A stretch of DNA of 64,000 nucleotides from Alphaproteobacteria bacterium (GTDB lineage: Bacteria; Pseudomonadota; Alphaproteobacteria; Caedimonadales; UBA1908). The DNA lies in assembly GCA_021298595.1 (NCBI GenBank), contig JAJTHL010000015.1, positions 22,299 through 86,298 of the forward strand. The letters are read 5' to 3'. Under the pieces are notes generated by a model. That model did not search any database. It was not told where the DNA came from and saw nothing but the letters and a program-made list of their open reading frames with translations. Below, piece by piece: positions 35,190-44,352 of the stretch; the first letter of the stretch is position 1; every line of letters starts with the position of its first letter. The translations under genes and the position numbers were made by a program.

Positions 35190-36683
35190 CTATCCTTCAT
35201 AGTGATCTTTGACGAGTTGATCCAAAAGCCTGACCCCAAAGCCGGTCGCGCCCTTGGCGCAAAGAGCCATGTCTTTGTGCGCCCACGCCATGCCTGCAAT
35301 ATCAAGGTGTGCCCAAGGCGTATCATTTACAAAGCGTTGCAAAAACTGAGCGGCTGTAATGCTGCCGGCCTTGCGCCCCTCGCTGATATTTTGCATATCG
35401 GCGATGGGAGAGTTAATATCTTTATCATAAGCCTCATCTAAAGGCAGGCGCCACAGTTTCTCACCTGTCTTTTGGCCCGCACTTGTAAGGCGATCACAAA
35501 GCTCGTCATTATTGGAAAAAAGTCCCGCAAACTGATCGCCAAGGGCCACCACTATGGCGCCCGTCAGCGTTGCAAGGTTCACCATGAATTGCGGCTTAAA
35601 GCGGTCTTGGGTATACCAAAGGGCGTCTGCTAGGACAAGGCGCCCTTCGGCGTCTGTATTGAGGACCTCAACGGTTTGGCCTGACATGGTGGTGACAATA
35701 TCACCGGGGCGCTGGGCGCTGCCTGAGGGCATGTTTTCCACAAGCCCCACCACACCCACCGCGTTCACCGAAGCCTTACGAAGTGCAAGGGACTTTAGCA
35801 CCCCTACCACGGCTGCGGATCCCGCCATGTCGTACTTCATCTCGTCCATGCTTTGGGCTGGCTTGAGACTGATCCCGCCCGTGTCAAAGGTAACACCCTT
35901 ACCCACAAAGGCAACGGGAGCCGCGTCTTTTTGACCGCCTTGCCACTCCATGACGACCACACAGGAATCTTTTTCGCTTCCTTGACCTACGCCAATAAGG
36001 GCCCCCATGCCAAGCTTTTTAAGAGTCTCCAAGGACAGGATCTCCACTTTGATGCCCAAAGGAGAAAGGTCTTCTTGGATGCGCTTTGCATAACTTTCAG
36101 GATAGAGAATGTTGGGCGGAAGGGTCACAACGTCGCGCGTAAAAAAGGCGCCCTTTGTCACAGCTTCCAGAGGCGCAAACGCTTTTTGTGCCGCCGACGC
36201 GTCGGACACGCACACACACACGCTTTCAAGAGCTGGCTTTTCTTCAGGCTTTTGCTTGGTTTTGAATTGGTCACAACGCCACGAACGTAAAAGAATGCCC
36301 TGGGCGACAGCAGCAGCGAGCGTGTCTTCAAACACCGAGTTTGTTTTTATGCCCTCAATTTTAACACAAAATCCTTTTTCAGGCGTTGACGCCAGCGCAG
36401 CGTAGGCGCTTCCCCCTGCCTTGGCCGCTTCTTGAACGGTCAATTTATCTTCAGCGCCAAGTCCCACCAGCAATACGCGGGAAGCTTCAAATCCCACAGG
36501 TGCATTCAGCTCAAGGGTTTGACCAACTTTTCCTTTGAATCGGCTTTTTTCAAGGGCTTTCGTCAGGGCCCCGTGGAGGGCTGTGTCTATTTCCTTGGCC
36601 GGCGCCGTTAGGGTCTTTTCAAAAGAAAACACAACCACAGGGTCGGTTGCGCACGCCTGGGTTGATGAAAACGAAACTTTCAT
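35190..36683 (-). CDS. pepA: Leucyl aminopeptidase (M17)
   Basis: GKGVTFDTGGISLKP, NTDAEGRLVLAD, MAGSAAV motifs. Confidence 0.95.
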   Translation of the reverse strand: MKVSFSSTQACATDPVVVFSFEKTLTAPAKEIDTALHGALTKALEKSRFKGKVGQTLELNAPVGFEASRVLLVGLGAEDKLTVQEAAKAGGSAYAALASTPEKGFCVKIEGIKTNSVFEDTLAAAVAQGILLRSWRCDQFKTKQKPEEKPALESVCVCVSDASAAQKAFAPLEAVTKGAFFTRDVVTLPPNILYPESYAKRIQEDLSPLGIKVEILSLETLKKLGMGALIGVGQGSEKDSCVVVMEWQGGQKDAAPVAFVGKGVTFDTGGISLKPAQSMDEMKYDMAGSAAVVGVLKSLALRKASVNAVGVVGLVENMPSGSAQRPGDIVTTMSGQTVEVLNTDAEGRLVLADALWYTQDRFKPQFMVNLATLTGAIVVALGDQFAGLFSNNDELCDRLTSAGQKTGEKLWRLPLDEAYDKDINSPIADMQNISEGRKAGSITAAQFLQRFVNDTPWAHLDIAGMAWAHKDMALCAKGATGFGVRLLDQLVKDHYEG

Positions 36684-37001
36684 AGTCCTCTCCTCAAGTG
36701 TTTAAATTTTTAAATTGATCTCTTCAGTTATCAGCCAAAAGGGCGCTTTTGTAAAGGATCACGGCCAAGAGCGCGCTCTTTTAAGCAGACTTTTGGTTTT
36801 ATCTGAATTCCTTCAACAAGATGTAATGTCAACTTTGTGCTATGAACTTTGGTGAGATTCACGCCTCTCACCACCCTTTAAAAGATCAGGTCTTCTTTTT
36901 TCACTTGACTTAATAGGGGTCCCTAAAATCTACATACATGCCTTAAAAAGGCGCATTGGATAGTTACAAAATTATTTCAGGATCTTTGATGTTCGTTCTC
37001 T

Positions 37002-37020
37002 TTGCATCATTATGATGCAA
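37002..37020. repeat. 19-bp perfect palindrome in a long non-coding gap
   Basis: TTGCATCAT T ATGATGCAA, followed by GGAAGGAG. Possible operator. No convincing downstream gene. Confidence 0.4.
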
Positions 37021-37192
37021 GGAAGGAGTTCCTTCACCTATGACGTTAAAAGCCTTTTTTGAAGAAGAAGGCCATCTTCTTGATTGATGGCTTCCCTGGG
37101 CGTACGTCCCGTAAACAAAGGATAGTTTTATGGTGATAAGCGGATCTTCAAGAAAAGGCTTGCGAAACACGTTTTTCACAAGCCCTTGATGG

Positions 37193-37636
37193 TTACTCGC
37201 GTGCTGGGCTTTCTAAAAGTAATTTGATCATATTTATATTAGCATTATTGAGTCCTTGGGCCAGATATTTCACTCGCTTTATAGTCGGCGTTTCTTTTGA
37301 GATCAGGGATTTTCCTGCCTCTAAATGCTGCAACCACTCTTTTAAACATGTTTTATCTGTCACATTTTCTGGTCTTTGGCCAGCTTGGATAATTTTTTCA
37401 GCGCAAGCCGGACTAAGCGAAGACAATTGATAGAAATCTGTGAGCTCTTTTTGAACCTGTGGCATAAGGGCCAAAATCTGCGCCTCAAGGTGCGCACGCG
37501 CTCTTTGAAAATTCTCAAGCTTACTTTGCAGCGTCACACCACCGGAACCAGAACTCACACTCGGCTCGCTTGCTGAACCAAAGGATGAGCTCAAGGATAA
37601 GACAGATATGGCAACGCAGATAAGATATTTTTTCAT
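37193..37636 (-). CDS. Hypothetical secreted protein
   Basis: Signal peptide MKKYLICVAISVLSLSSSFGSA, then a helical remainder. I recognise no family. Confidence 0.4.
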   Translation of the reverse strand: MKKYLICVAISVLSLSSSFGSASEPSVSSGSGGVTLQSKLENFQRARAHLEAQILALMPQVQKELTDFYQLSSLSPACAEKIIQAGQRPENVTDKTCLKEWLQHLEAGKSLISKETPTIKRVKYLAQGLNNANINMIKLLLESPARE

Positions 37637-38110
37637 TTTTTCCTCACCTATTTTTTATAACATATTTATAGTTACACATTGAATTATCTCATTCAATAGC
37701 GGTTACTGTACTGGCCAGGCGTTTTGAGGTTATTTGTCTAATAAAAGATCCGGTTAGCAAAGTAAGGGATGCAAAGATGGGGCCTAAAACAATCCCTGTG
37801 TCCCTGGATTATTATCGTAATTTTATCCCATAAGATTCCAAGGGTGGTCGTCCTTCGAACCACTTATGGGTGTCATTATGTACTTGGGAAGCGCCTGCTC
37901 TAGATCTTGATTTGCCATGTTTTTGGCTGACTTTGGAAGGTCTCGTCGCAGCTCCTCACCTCTTGCCCGTTTTTGACGCCTTCTAGGCACTACGCAGACA
38001 AAAACATGCCGGCGTCCACGATTGGAACGAAATAGGCCTCACCAACCTCATAGGGGCTCTTTTTGTGCGCTCTTGCTTTTATTTGAATCCCTTCAAAAAG
38101 ATAACCTTGT

Positions 38111-38690
38111 CTAAAAAAGGCGAAACCCGGTGCCGCTACAGTCTTTTAAATCCGCACTCTCAAAGGAAACATTTTCTTTCTCTTTAGTGTGCTCAAAACT
38201 GACCCTAAATAATTTTGCGTCGGCGAACCGTGTATAAATCAAAATCGCCCCTGAATAACTCAAGGACTCAAGCTCTGCTCTCTCAAAACTCACCCCTTGC
38301 AAGTTCGATCCCTTAAAAGACCCATAGCGATATGTCGTCCCTTTAAAAGTGGCGTCTTTCAAATGGCAGTCCACAAATTTGACGCTGATCAGGTGTGTAT
38401 TCTCAAAATTGGCGCCTTCCAGATCTACGCTTTCAAAGATCATATCTTTAAGGGCCATCCCTGAAAAGTTAGCCTTTTTCATGATGGCACCCTTGAAGAT
38501 CCTTCCATTATCCTTGGGATGATCCAAGTTGAAGGAGCGCATATCCGCGTCTTGTAGATCCAAAGTTGTCTGTTTTTCTTCTTTTTTTTTCAAGGATGTC
38601 CTCAAGTTTTTTTAGATCCTCATCTTTTGCAGCCTCCGCTAGCTGACCCAAAAAAAGCAACCCTATGACCATCACAATTCTTAGGGTCAT
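38111..38690 (-). pseudogene. Secreted pentapeptide-repeat protein interrupted by an A9 homopolymer frameshift
   Basis: Frame A (RBS GAGGAA, then ATG 38690) encodes the signal peptide MTLRIVMVIGLLFLGQLAEA...LEDILEKK. Frame B encodes KKEEKQ... followed by about 100 aa of pentapeptide repeats (ANFENTHLISVKFVDCHLKDATFKG...). Removing one A from the coding-strand A9 run (+ strand T9, 38582-38590) joins the two frames. Confidence 0.6.
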
Positions 38691-38823
38691 CCATCTTTCC
38701 TCTTTTGACTGTATCTTAGGAATCACTATTAAATAAAATTTCTTTTTTTACAATTGCATCTCGACAAAGGACTTAATTTTGTTCACAGTGACAATGAGGA
38801 AAACATAGGTAGAGGATTAACCC

Positions 38824-39570
38824 ATGGTTCGTGTTACAATTTTACCTGTCCTTCAAGACAATTATTCCTACTTTTTGGAAGCAGAAGATGGCACCACAGC
38901 CATCATTGACCCATCGGCCGCAGAACCCGTCTTAGCTTTTTTGCAAGCACACGGTAAACCCCTTCATTACATCCTAAATACCCATCATCACGCAGACCAT
39001 GTGGGTGGAAATCTTGAGCTTAGCCAAGAAACAGGTGCCATCATTGCAGGGTTTCAAGGAGATAGCGACCGCATTCCCGGACAATACATTTTGTTGCGCG
39101 ATCAGGACCTTTTTAAGCTTGGAAATTCATGGGCACAGATTCTCCATATTCCAGGTCACACACTGGGTCACATTGCTTATTATTTCGAGTCAGAAAGTAT
39201 GCTCTTTACAGGGGACACCCTTTTTTCTTTAGGCTGCGGTCGTCTTTTTGAAGGAACACCTGAGGCAATGTGGCACTCTCTTTCACGCCTTATGTCTCTT
39301 CCTGATGAGACAAAAGTCTACTGCGGCCACGAATATACCCTAGCAAATCTTGCCTTTGCAAGATCCCTAGCACCCAATGACGATGCCCTCAAAAAGTTGG
39401 AATATGCGTTAAAAGAAAAAAGACAAAAGGATCTCCCAACCTTGCCATCAACCCTTGGTTTTGAAAAAATATTCAATCCTTTTTTGACTTGCATCCACGA
39501 CGCGTCACCTGTAGAGGCGTTTACGAAGCGGCGGGCTCTTAAAGACGCTTTTAATTATTCATCGCTATAA
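38824..39570 (+). CDS. gloB: Hydroxyacylglutathione hydrolase (glyoxalase II)
   Basis: DNYSYFL, THHHADHVGG, GHTLGHIAYY, CGHEYT motifs. Confidence 0.9.
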   Translation: MVRVTILPVLQDNYSYFLEAEDGTTAIIDPSAAEPVLAFLQAHGKPLHYILNTHHHADHVGGNLELSQETGAIIAGFQGDSDRIPGQYILLRDQDLFKLGNSWAQILHIPGHTLGHIAYYFESESMLFTGDTLFSLGCGRLFEGTPEAMWHSLSRLMSLPDETKVYCGHEYTLANLAFARSLAPNDDALKKLEYALKEKRQKDLPTLPSTLGFEKIFNPFLTCIHDASPVEAFTKRRALKDAFNYSSL

Positions 39571-40016
39571 ACGCGCTCATCCCTTTCGTGTCGTTCTTGG
39601 GCTTCGATGCTTAGGGTTGCAACGGGCCTTGCCATGAGCCTTGTCAGACCAATGGGCTCACCTGTTTCTTCGCAGTATCCATAGCTCCCGTCTTCAATGC
39701 GGCGAAGCGCTTCATCAATCTTGTTAATAAGTTTACGCTCTCGGTCCCGGGTGCGAAGCTCAAGGGCGCGGTCCGTTTCCGTGGACGCCCGATCAGCAAT
39801 GTCTGCTTCGTTATGGGTTTGCTCTTGCATATGATGGATGGTTTCGACCGTATCGCGCAATAGTTCACCGCGCCACTCTAAAAGCTTTTGTCGAAAATAC
39901 GCCAGGTGTTGCAAGGACATGTAGGGCTCGCCGTCCTTGGGCGTATACCCCTCAGGCAGAGTCGTCGCTTTAATGCGTTCGGACAGTGAAAGTGCTTCTT
40001 GTGTTGCCATGGTCAT
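39555..40016 (-). CDS. dksA: RNA polymerase-binding factor DksA (Cys-poor variant)
   Basis: Coiled-coil with the DxxDxA tip (EADIADRAS) and a C-terminal YGYCEETGEPIGLTRLMARPVATLSIEAQ. Only one of the four canonical zinc-finger Cys residues is present. Confidence 0.9.
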   Translation of the reverse strand: MTMATQEALSLSERIKATTLPEGYTPKDGEPYMSLQHLAYFRQKLLEWRGELLRDTVETIHHMQEQTHNEADIADRASTETDRALELRTRDRERKLINKIDEALRRIEDGSYGYCEETGEPIGLTRLMARPVATLSIEAQERHERDERVYSDE

Positions 40017-40035
40017 CTATATCCCCCTTATCGTT

Positions 40036-40476
40036 TTACCATAGATTATCAGATCCATAGGTCATTTCTAATTTTGCAAGCTCAATATGAACGCGCTGTT
40101 CAATCTGTTCAAGAAGTTCTTGCAAATCAGGCTCCACATTTTCATGTACCCTTGTTGATACTTTTTTTGCAATATCTTCAAGGTCACGCTTTGAAAAATG
40201 ACCAATTAATAGGCTTGTTCGCATTTTTTCTAGAATCTCTAGCATGTCTTGAGCACGAGAAAAAGCCCGACTTTTACCACTTAAAGCGTCCGACACTTCT
40301 TGAAGGGCCATAAGTGAATTCAACGACGCCACATCCCCACAAGAAGATGCCAAACTTGTTTCTTGAGACGCGCTTGTCTCTTTTAAACTTTTTGCAAAGG
40401 CGCCCCCGCCCGTGGTCTTTTTGATCGTCTGAGAGCGCCGAAGAGGCGTGAACGGCGCCCCGTCACCTACCTTCAT
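40036..40476 (-). CDS. fliX: Flagellar assembly regulator FliX
   Basis: Start set to ATG 40476 (MKVGDGAP...). It is a small protein ending ...IEQRVHIELAKLE and is divergent from flgI, as in Caulobacter fliX-flgI (recalled). Confidence 0.6.
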   Translation of the reverse strand: MKVGDGAPFTPLRRSQTIKKTTGGGAFAKSLKETSASQETSLASSCGDVASLNSLMALQEVSDALSGKSRAFSRAQDMLEILEKMRTSLLIGHFSKRDLEDIAKKVSTRVHENVEPDLQELLEQIEQRVHIELAKLEMTYGSDNLW

Positions 40477-40528
40477 CTCCCATGATCTCCCTTCGTGTTT
40501 TGTGTTTTTTTTAATCCCATACGTCAGA

Positions 40529-40544
40529 TGGCACACTTTTCGCA
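40529..40544 (+). promoter_or_regulatory. Sigma-54 (-24/-12) promoter upstream of flgI
   Basis: TGGCAC-ACTTT-TCGCA. The GG and GC have canonical spacing (consensus TGGCAC-N5-TTGCA), and the site lies 62 nt upstream of the flgI ATG. Confidence 0.6.
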
Positions 40545-40605
40545 TAGTGATGTGAGTATAGCACGCTTCAGCTAAAAGGCACGAGAGGTTTTAAAGAGGA
40601 AACAC

Positions 40606-41763
40606 ATGAAAAAAAGATACAGCTTAGATCTTTGTATCTCTTTTAAAAAAAGCGTCTCCTTAGGCATGATGCTTCTTTGCTTGACGCCCTCCTTTGCGCC
40701 TGCAGCCGAGCTATCCGTGCGCATTAAAGACATTGTGACCTTCGAGGGAATCCGGGAAAACCAGCTTGTAGGGTACGGTCTTGTGGTGGGCCTTAAAGGA
40801 ACAGGGGACACCCTTAAAGACTCTCCCTACGCCCTTGAGACCATGGTCAGTATGCTCGAGCGCCTTGGTGTGAACGTCCGTGATAAAGCCACCGACATGA
40901 AATCTAAAAATGTGGCAGCCGTCATGGTGACGGCAAGCTTGCCCGCCTTTGCAAGACACGGCACACCCCTTGACGTGCGTGTCTCTGCTATAGGGACTGC
41001 TAAAGATTTGTTGGGTGGGACTCTTCTTGTAACCCCCCTTATGGGGGCGGACGGTGAAGTGTACGCCGTCGCCCAAGGTCCCCTTGTCACGGGGGGCTTT
41101 TCGGCCGAAGGTCAATCTGGTTCCTCGGTCACCAAAGGCGTACCCACCAGTGCCCGCATTGCCAACGGCGCCCTTGTGGAAAAAGAAATTCCCTTCGAGC
41201 TTGATTCGCTCAAAAGCATTCGCCTTTCCCTTCGCAACCCCGACATGACAACGGCCGGACGCATCGCCGCCGCCATTAATGCCCACACTCCTGGCTCGAA
41301 GGCTTCTGCCCAAGATCCCTCGACTGTCAATGTGGCACTGCCGACCGCGAGCAAGAAAAGCGTGATGGATTTTCTAACCAGCATCGAGCAACTCCGTGTG
41401 GCGCCCGATCAAACAGCCAAAGTCATTATTGACGAACAAAACGGGGTCATCGTGATGGGCAAAAATGTACGCATCTCCAGTGTGGCCGTCAGTCACGGCA
41501 ATCTGACCATTCGAATTACGGAAACGCCGCAAGTGTCCCAGCCCAATCCTTTTTCCACAACCGGCAGCACCGTTGTGGTGCCTCGGACAGGCATTAACGT
41601 AAATGAAGACGGCAAAAAAATGACAGTCCTCGAAGAAGGCGTGACCCTTCAAGAACTCGTGGATAACTTGAACGCTCTTGGTGTGTCTCCGCGCGATATG
41701 ATCACCATCCTTCGCACCATCAAAGCGGCTGGGGCCCTTCAAGCAGAAATTGAGGTGATCTAA
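40606..41763 (+). CDS. flgI: Flagellar P-ring protein FlgI
   Basis: Signal peptide, then RIKDIVTFEGIRENQLVGYGLVVGL.GTGD and the C-terminal LNALGVSPRDMITILRTIKAAGALQAEIEVI. Confidence 0.95.
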   Translation: MKKRYSLDLCISFKKSVSLGMMLLCLTPSFAPAAELSVRIKDIVTFEGIRENQLVGYGLVVGLKGTGDTLKDSPYALETMVSMLERLGVNVRDKATDMKSKNVAAVMVTASLPAFARHGTPLDVRVSAIGTAKDLLGGTLLVTPLMGADGEVYAVAQGPLVTGGFSAEGQSGSSVTKGVPTSARIANGALVEKEIPFELDSLKSIRLSLRNPDMTTAGRIAAAINAHTPGSKASAQDPSTVNVALPTASKKSVMDFLTSIEQLRVAPDQTAKVIIDEQNGVIVMGKNVRISSVAVSHGNLTIRITETPQVSQPNPFSTTGSTVVVPRTGINVNEDGKKMTVLEEGVTLQELVDNLNALGVSPRDMITILRTIKAAGALQAEIEVI

Positions 41764-41764
41764 A

Positions 41765-42076
41765 ATGGCAGAGATTCTTTTTTCCACGCAATCATCCCTT
41801 CATGAGAAAAAACTCATGGCAAACATGTCTGAGGCCACAAAGAAAGATGTGGCAGAAAACGCCAATAAATATGTGTCGTTCTTAATGTCGACCTTTGCAC
41901 AAGTCATGCTGGACGCGAGAGGTCGCTCGGAAGATCCCGCCCAGGACATGGCTGAAAGCACCTTTTTTGCCGACACCATGGGAGAGGCCCTTTGCGAGTC
42001 TGACATGGGCCGCGATCTTCAACAAACCCTTCAAGCCTCCATGCTTGAAATGGCGGCCACAGGAGGTCGTCCATGA
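41765..42076 (+). CDS. flgJ: Rod-binding (FlgJ N-terminal-like) protein
   Basis: 103 aa immediately after flgI. The pattern FLMSTFAQVMLDARG...STFFADTMGEAL loosely fits the Rod_binding domain. There is no muramidase domain. Confidence 0.45.
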   Translation: MAEILFSTQSSLHEKKLMANMSEATKKDVAENANKYVSFLMSTFAQVMLDARGRSEDPAQDMAESTFFADTMGEALCESDMGRDLQQTLQASMLEMAATGGRP

Positions 42077-42477
42077 AAGAGCTTTTTTTCTGTATTGAGG
42101 CGCTTATGACCCTTCTTCAAGAGGAAAGCATGCTTCTTGATCAAAGAAATATCAAAGAAGTGCAGCTTCTCACACCCGAAAAAAGTCGCCTTTTGGGACA
42201 GTACTTTAGCCTTTTAGAGCAAGGTACGCCTCATATCTCGACGCAAACAGAAATCAAAAACATCTTTTTGGAAAAGCTCGGCGCCCTTCAACACGCCATG
42301 GAACAAAACCACGAGAAAATCAAACTCGCGGCCGAAGCCCATTCCAGGGTTACCAACACAATCAAGCGGGCTCTTTTTGGTCAAAAGCGAAAGCCCGTAA
42401 CACAGTATGGCGCCACCGGGACCCTGGTGAAACCTTCCCTTGCTATTGGTGCGGCGCGCATCAATCAAAGAATGTAG
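42073..42477 (+). CDS. FlgN-like flagellar export chaperone
   Basis: 134-aa helical protein directly upstream of flgK. LLQEESMLLDQRNIKEVQLLTPEKSRLL resembles the FlgN N-terminus. Confidence 0.4.
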   Translation: MKELFFCIEALMTLLQEESMLLDQRNIKEVQLLTPEKSRLLGQYFSLLEQGTPHISTQTEIKNIFLEKLGALQHAMEQNHEKIKLAAEAHSRVTNTIKRALFGQKRKPVTQYGATGTLVKPSLAIGAARINQRM

Positions 42478-42486
42478 GAGGATCCC

Positions 42487-44337
42487 ATGCCTGACGCCTT
42501 TCAAATTGCACGTGCTGGGATGAGCACATCCAGTACAATTATGGATACCCATTTCACCAACATCACCAACGCACAAACACCTGGCTATTCAAAAAAAGTT
42601 TCACAAGCTTCAACCATGATCCTTGATGGAGAAGCAGCTGGGGTAAAACCAAGTGTGGCCCAAAGGCTTTTGGATCCACTTTTGGCAGGAGAGCTGCGGG
42701 ATGAGTACTCTCTTGCTACTCATCTCACAACAAAAGCGTCCCTCATGAAAAAAATAGAGCAGCAGTTTGGTACCCCAGGGGATAAAAACTCCTTAGGTGA
42801 GCAGATTCGCAGTATTTCCAATGCCTTTGAGACATTGTCTACCACCCCTACCAGCACCATTGCGAGGAAAGATGTTCTCAATAAAATTAACAATTTCTCC
42901 TATGAGATTTCACGTCTTAGTGGTCAAATCCAAGGCATGCGTCAAGAGGTTGATAATAAAATCGCAACGGCCATTGCAGAGGTAGATACACAGCTAAGCA
43001 ACGTCAAGTCCCTCAACGAGCAAATTGCTGCAAACTTCCACTCAGGAAAACCCACCGGAGATTTGGAAGATTCCCGGGACAAAGCCCTTAATATCATTGC
43101 AAAGCACATGGATATCCAGGTGACCAGTACCGATGAGGGTATCATCTATATTCAAACAGGAGGCGGAAACGCCCTTCTTTTTCCTGATATTGTGCCCATG
43201 ACCTATAATCCAACGGTTAATATTACGGCGACGTCCACCTATGATCCTAACCCTGTCACCTCAACCATCAATCACATTACCGTCACGGACAGCCTGGGTA
43301 ATATCATCAATCTAACCCCTGATTTTACCGATGGTGATATTGCAGCTTACATTGAAATGCGAGATACGGTCCTGCCCAACCTTCAGCAGCAATTGGACCG
43401 CCTGTGCACTGACTTTAGAGACGGCCTCAATGCCCTTCATAACACAGGGACGGGTTATCCGCCCCCAGACGTTCTCACGGGAACAAAAATTATGGCAAAC
43501 CCCAATACCGACCTGTTTCAAGGCGCTGGCACCGTGAGGTTTGCCCTTATTGATAAAGCCAACGGTCAAATGGTCGGCGGAAATAGCTTTGACCTTGACC
43601 TAACGGCCATGGGAAACGTCTCGGTGGCGCAACTTGCCGTGAATATCCAGGCAGGTCTTGCAGGCCTTGTGGGCACGGCGACTGCTACCTGCGATGCAAG
43701 CACCCATAACCAGCTTGTGCTGAACACGGGAAACGCGGCCTACGGCATTGGCATCGTGCCGCTGGCAGGGGGGGCAACTGAAACCGTCACGGGTCTTGGA
43801 TTTTCCCATTATTTTGGCCTGAATGATCTGATTATTACCCCAGGATACGGTGCTCAAGGGGCCGCCCCCACCCCAGGTATATGTCAAAGTTTAGGGGTGC
43901 GCGCCGACATTTTGACCAACGACCAGTATTTAGCACGCGGCGCCATCTCGTCAGCGGCAGTAGCTCCCCTTCCGCCCTTGGGGGTCATTGCAACCGGTGA
44001 TAGTTCTGTGACCCGGGCTATGGTGAACGAACTTGTCACACCGCGTACTTTTTCAGCTGCGGGAGGCCTTACCAATATTTCAGTAAGCTATATCGATTAT
44101 GGTTCAACCATTATTACCACTCACGCAGCCAGCACAAGTAACGTGAATACCAGGGCTCAAAGCGAGCTGACCCGCCAACAAGCCCTGGAATATGCCATTG
44201 GAGAACAGGTCGGCGTCGACGTCCAAGAAGAATTTGCCGACGCCATCGCGTGGCAGCAGGTCTTCATTGCCTCCTCACACGTGGTGGGGCTGGTCAAAGA
44301 ACGTAACCAGGCCATTATGGCCATTATGAACAGGTAA
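42487..44337 (+). CDS. flgK: Flagellar hook-associated protein 1 FlgK
   Basis: N-terminal rod/hook-family heptads (AFQIARAGMSTSSTIMDTHFTNITNAQTPGYS). The C-terminal is EEFADAIAWQQVFIASSHVVGLVKE. 616 aa. Confidence 0.85.
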   Translation: MPDAFQIARAGMSTSSTIMDTHFTNITNAQTPGYSKKVSQASTMILDGEAAGVKPSVAQRLLDPLLAGELRDEYSLATHLTTKASLMKKIEQQFGTPGDKNSLGEQIRSISNAFETLSTTPTSTIARKDVLNKINNFSYEISRLSGQIQGMRQEVDNKIATAIAEVDTQLSNVKSLNEQIAANFHSGKPTGDLEDSRDKALNIIAKHMDIQVTSTDEGIIYIQTGGGNALLFPDIVPMTYNPTVNITATSTYDPNPVTSTINHITVTDSLGNIINLTPDFTDGDIAAYIEMRDTVLPNLQQQLDRLCTDFRDGLNALHNTGTGYPPPDVLTGTKIMANPNTDLFQGAGTVRFALIDKANGQMVGGNSFDLDLTAMGNVSVAQLAVNIQAGLAGLVGTATATCDASTHNQLVLNTGNAAYGIGIVPLAGGATETVTGLGFSHYFGLNDLIITPGYGAQGAAPTPGICQSLGVRADILTNDQYLARGAISSAAVAPLPPLGVIATGDSSVTRAMVNELVTPRTFSAAGGLTNISVSYIDYGSTIITTHAASTSNVNTRAQSELTRQQALEYAIGEQVGVDVQEEFADAIAWQQVFIASSHVVGLVKERNQAIMAIMNR

Positions 44338-44352
44338 GGAAAGGGACGAGCA

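Noticed and set aside
36964-37179. A 71-aa ORF lies directly downstream of the 37193-37636 gene on the minus strand.
   Set aside because: It has no RBS, no recognisable motifs and an odd composition. It is probably non-coding, and I left it unannotated.
37830-38040. Stop-interrupted minus-strand frames could be a transposase, toxin or integrase remnant, which would justify a mobile-element call.
   Set aside because: I could not match the peptide fragments to any family from memory. There are no inverted terminal repeats. I report the region only as unexplained debris, not as a mobile element.
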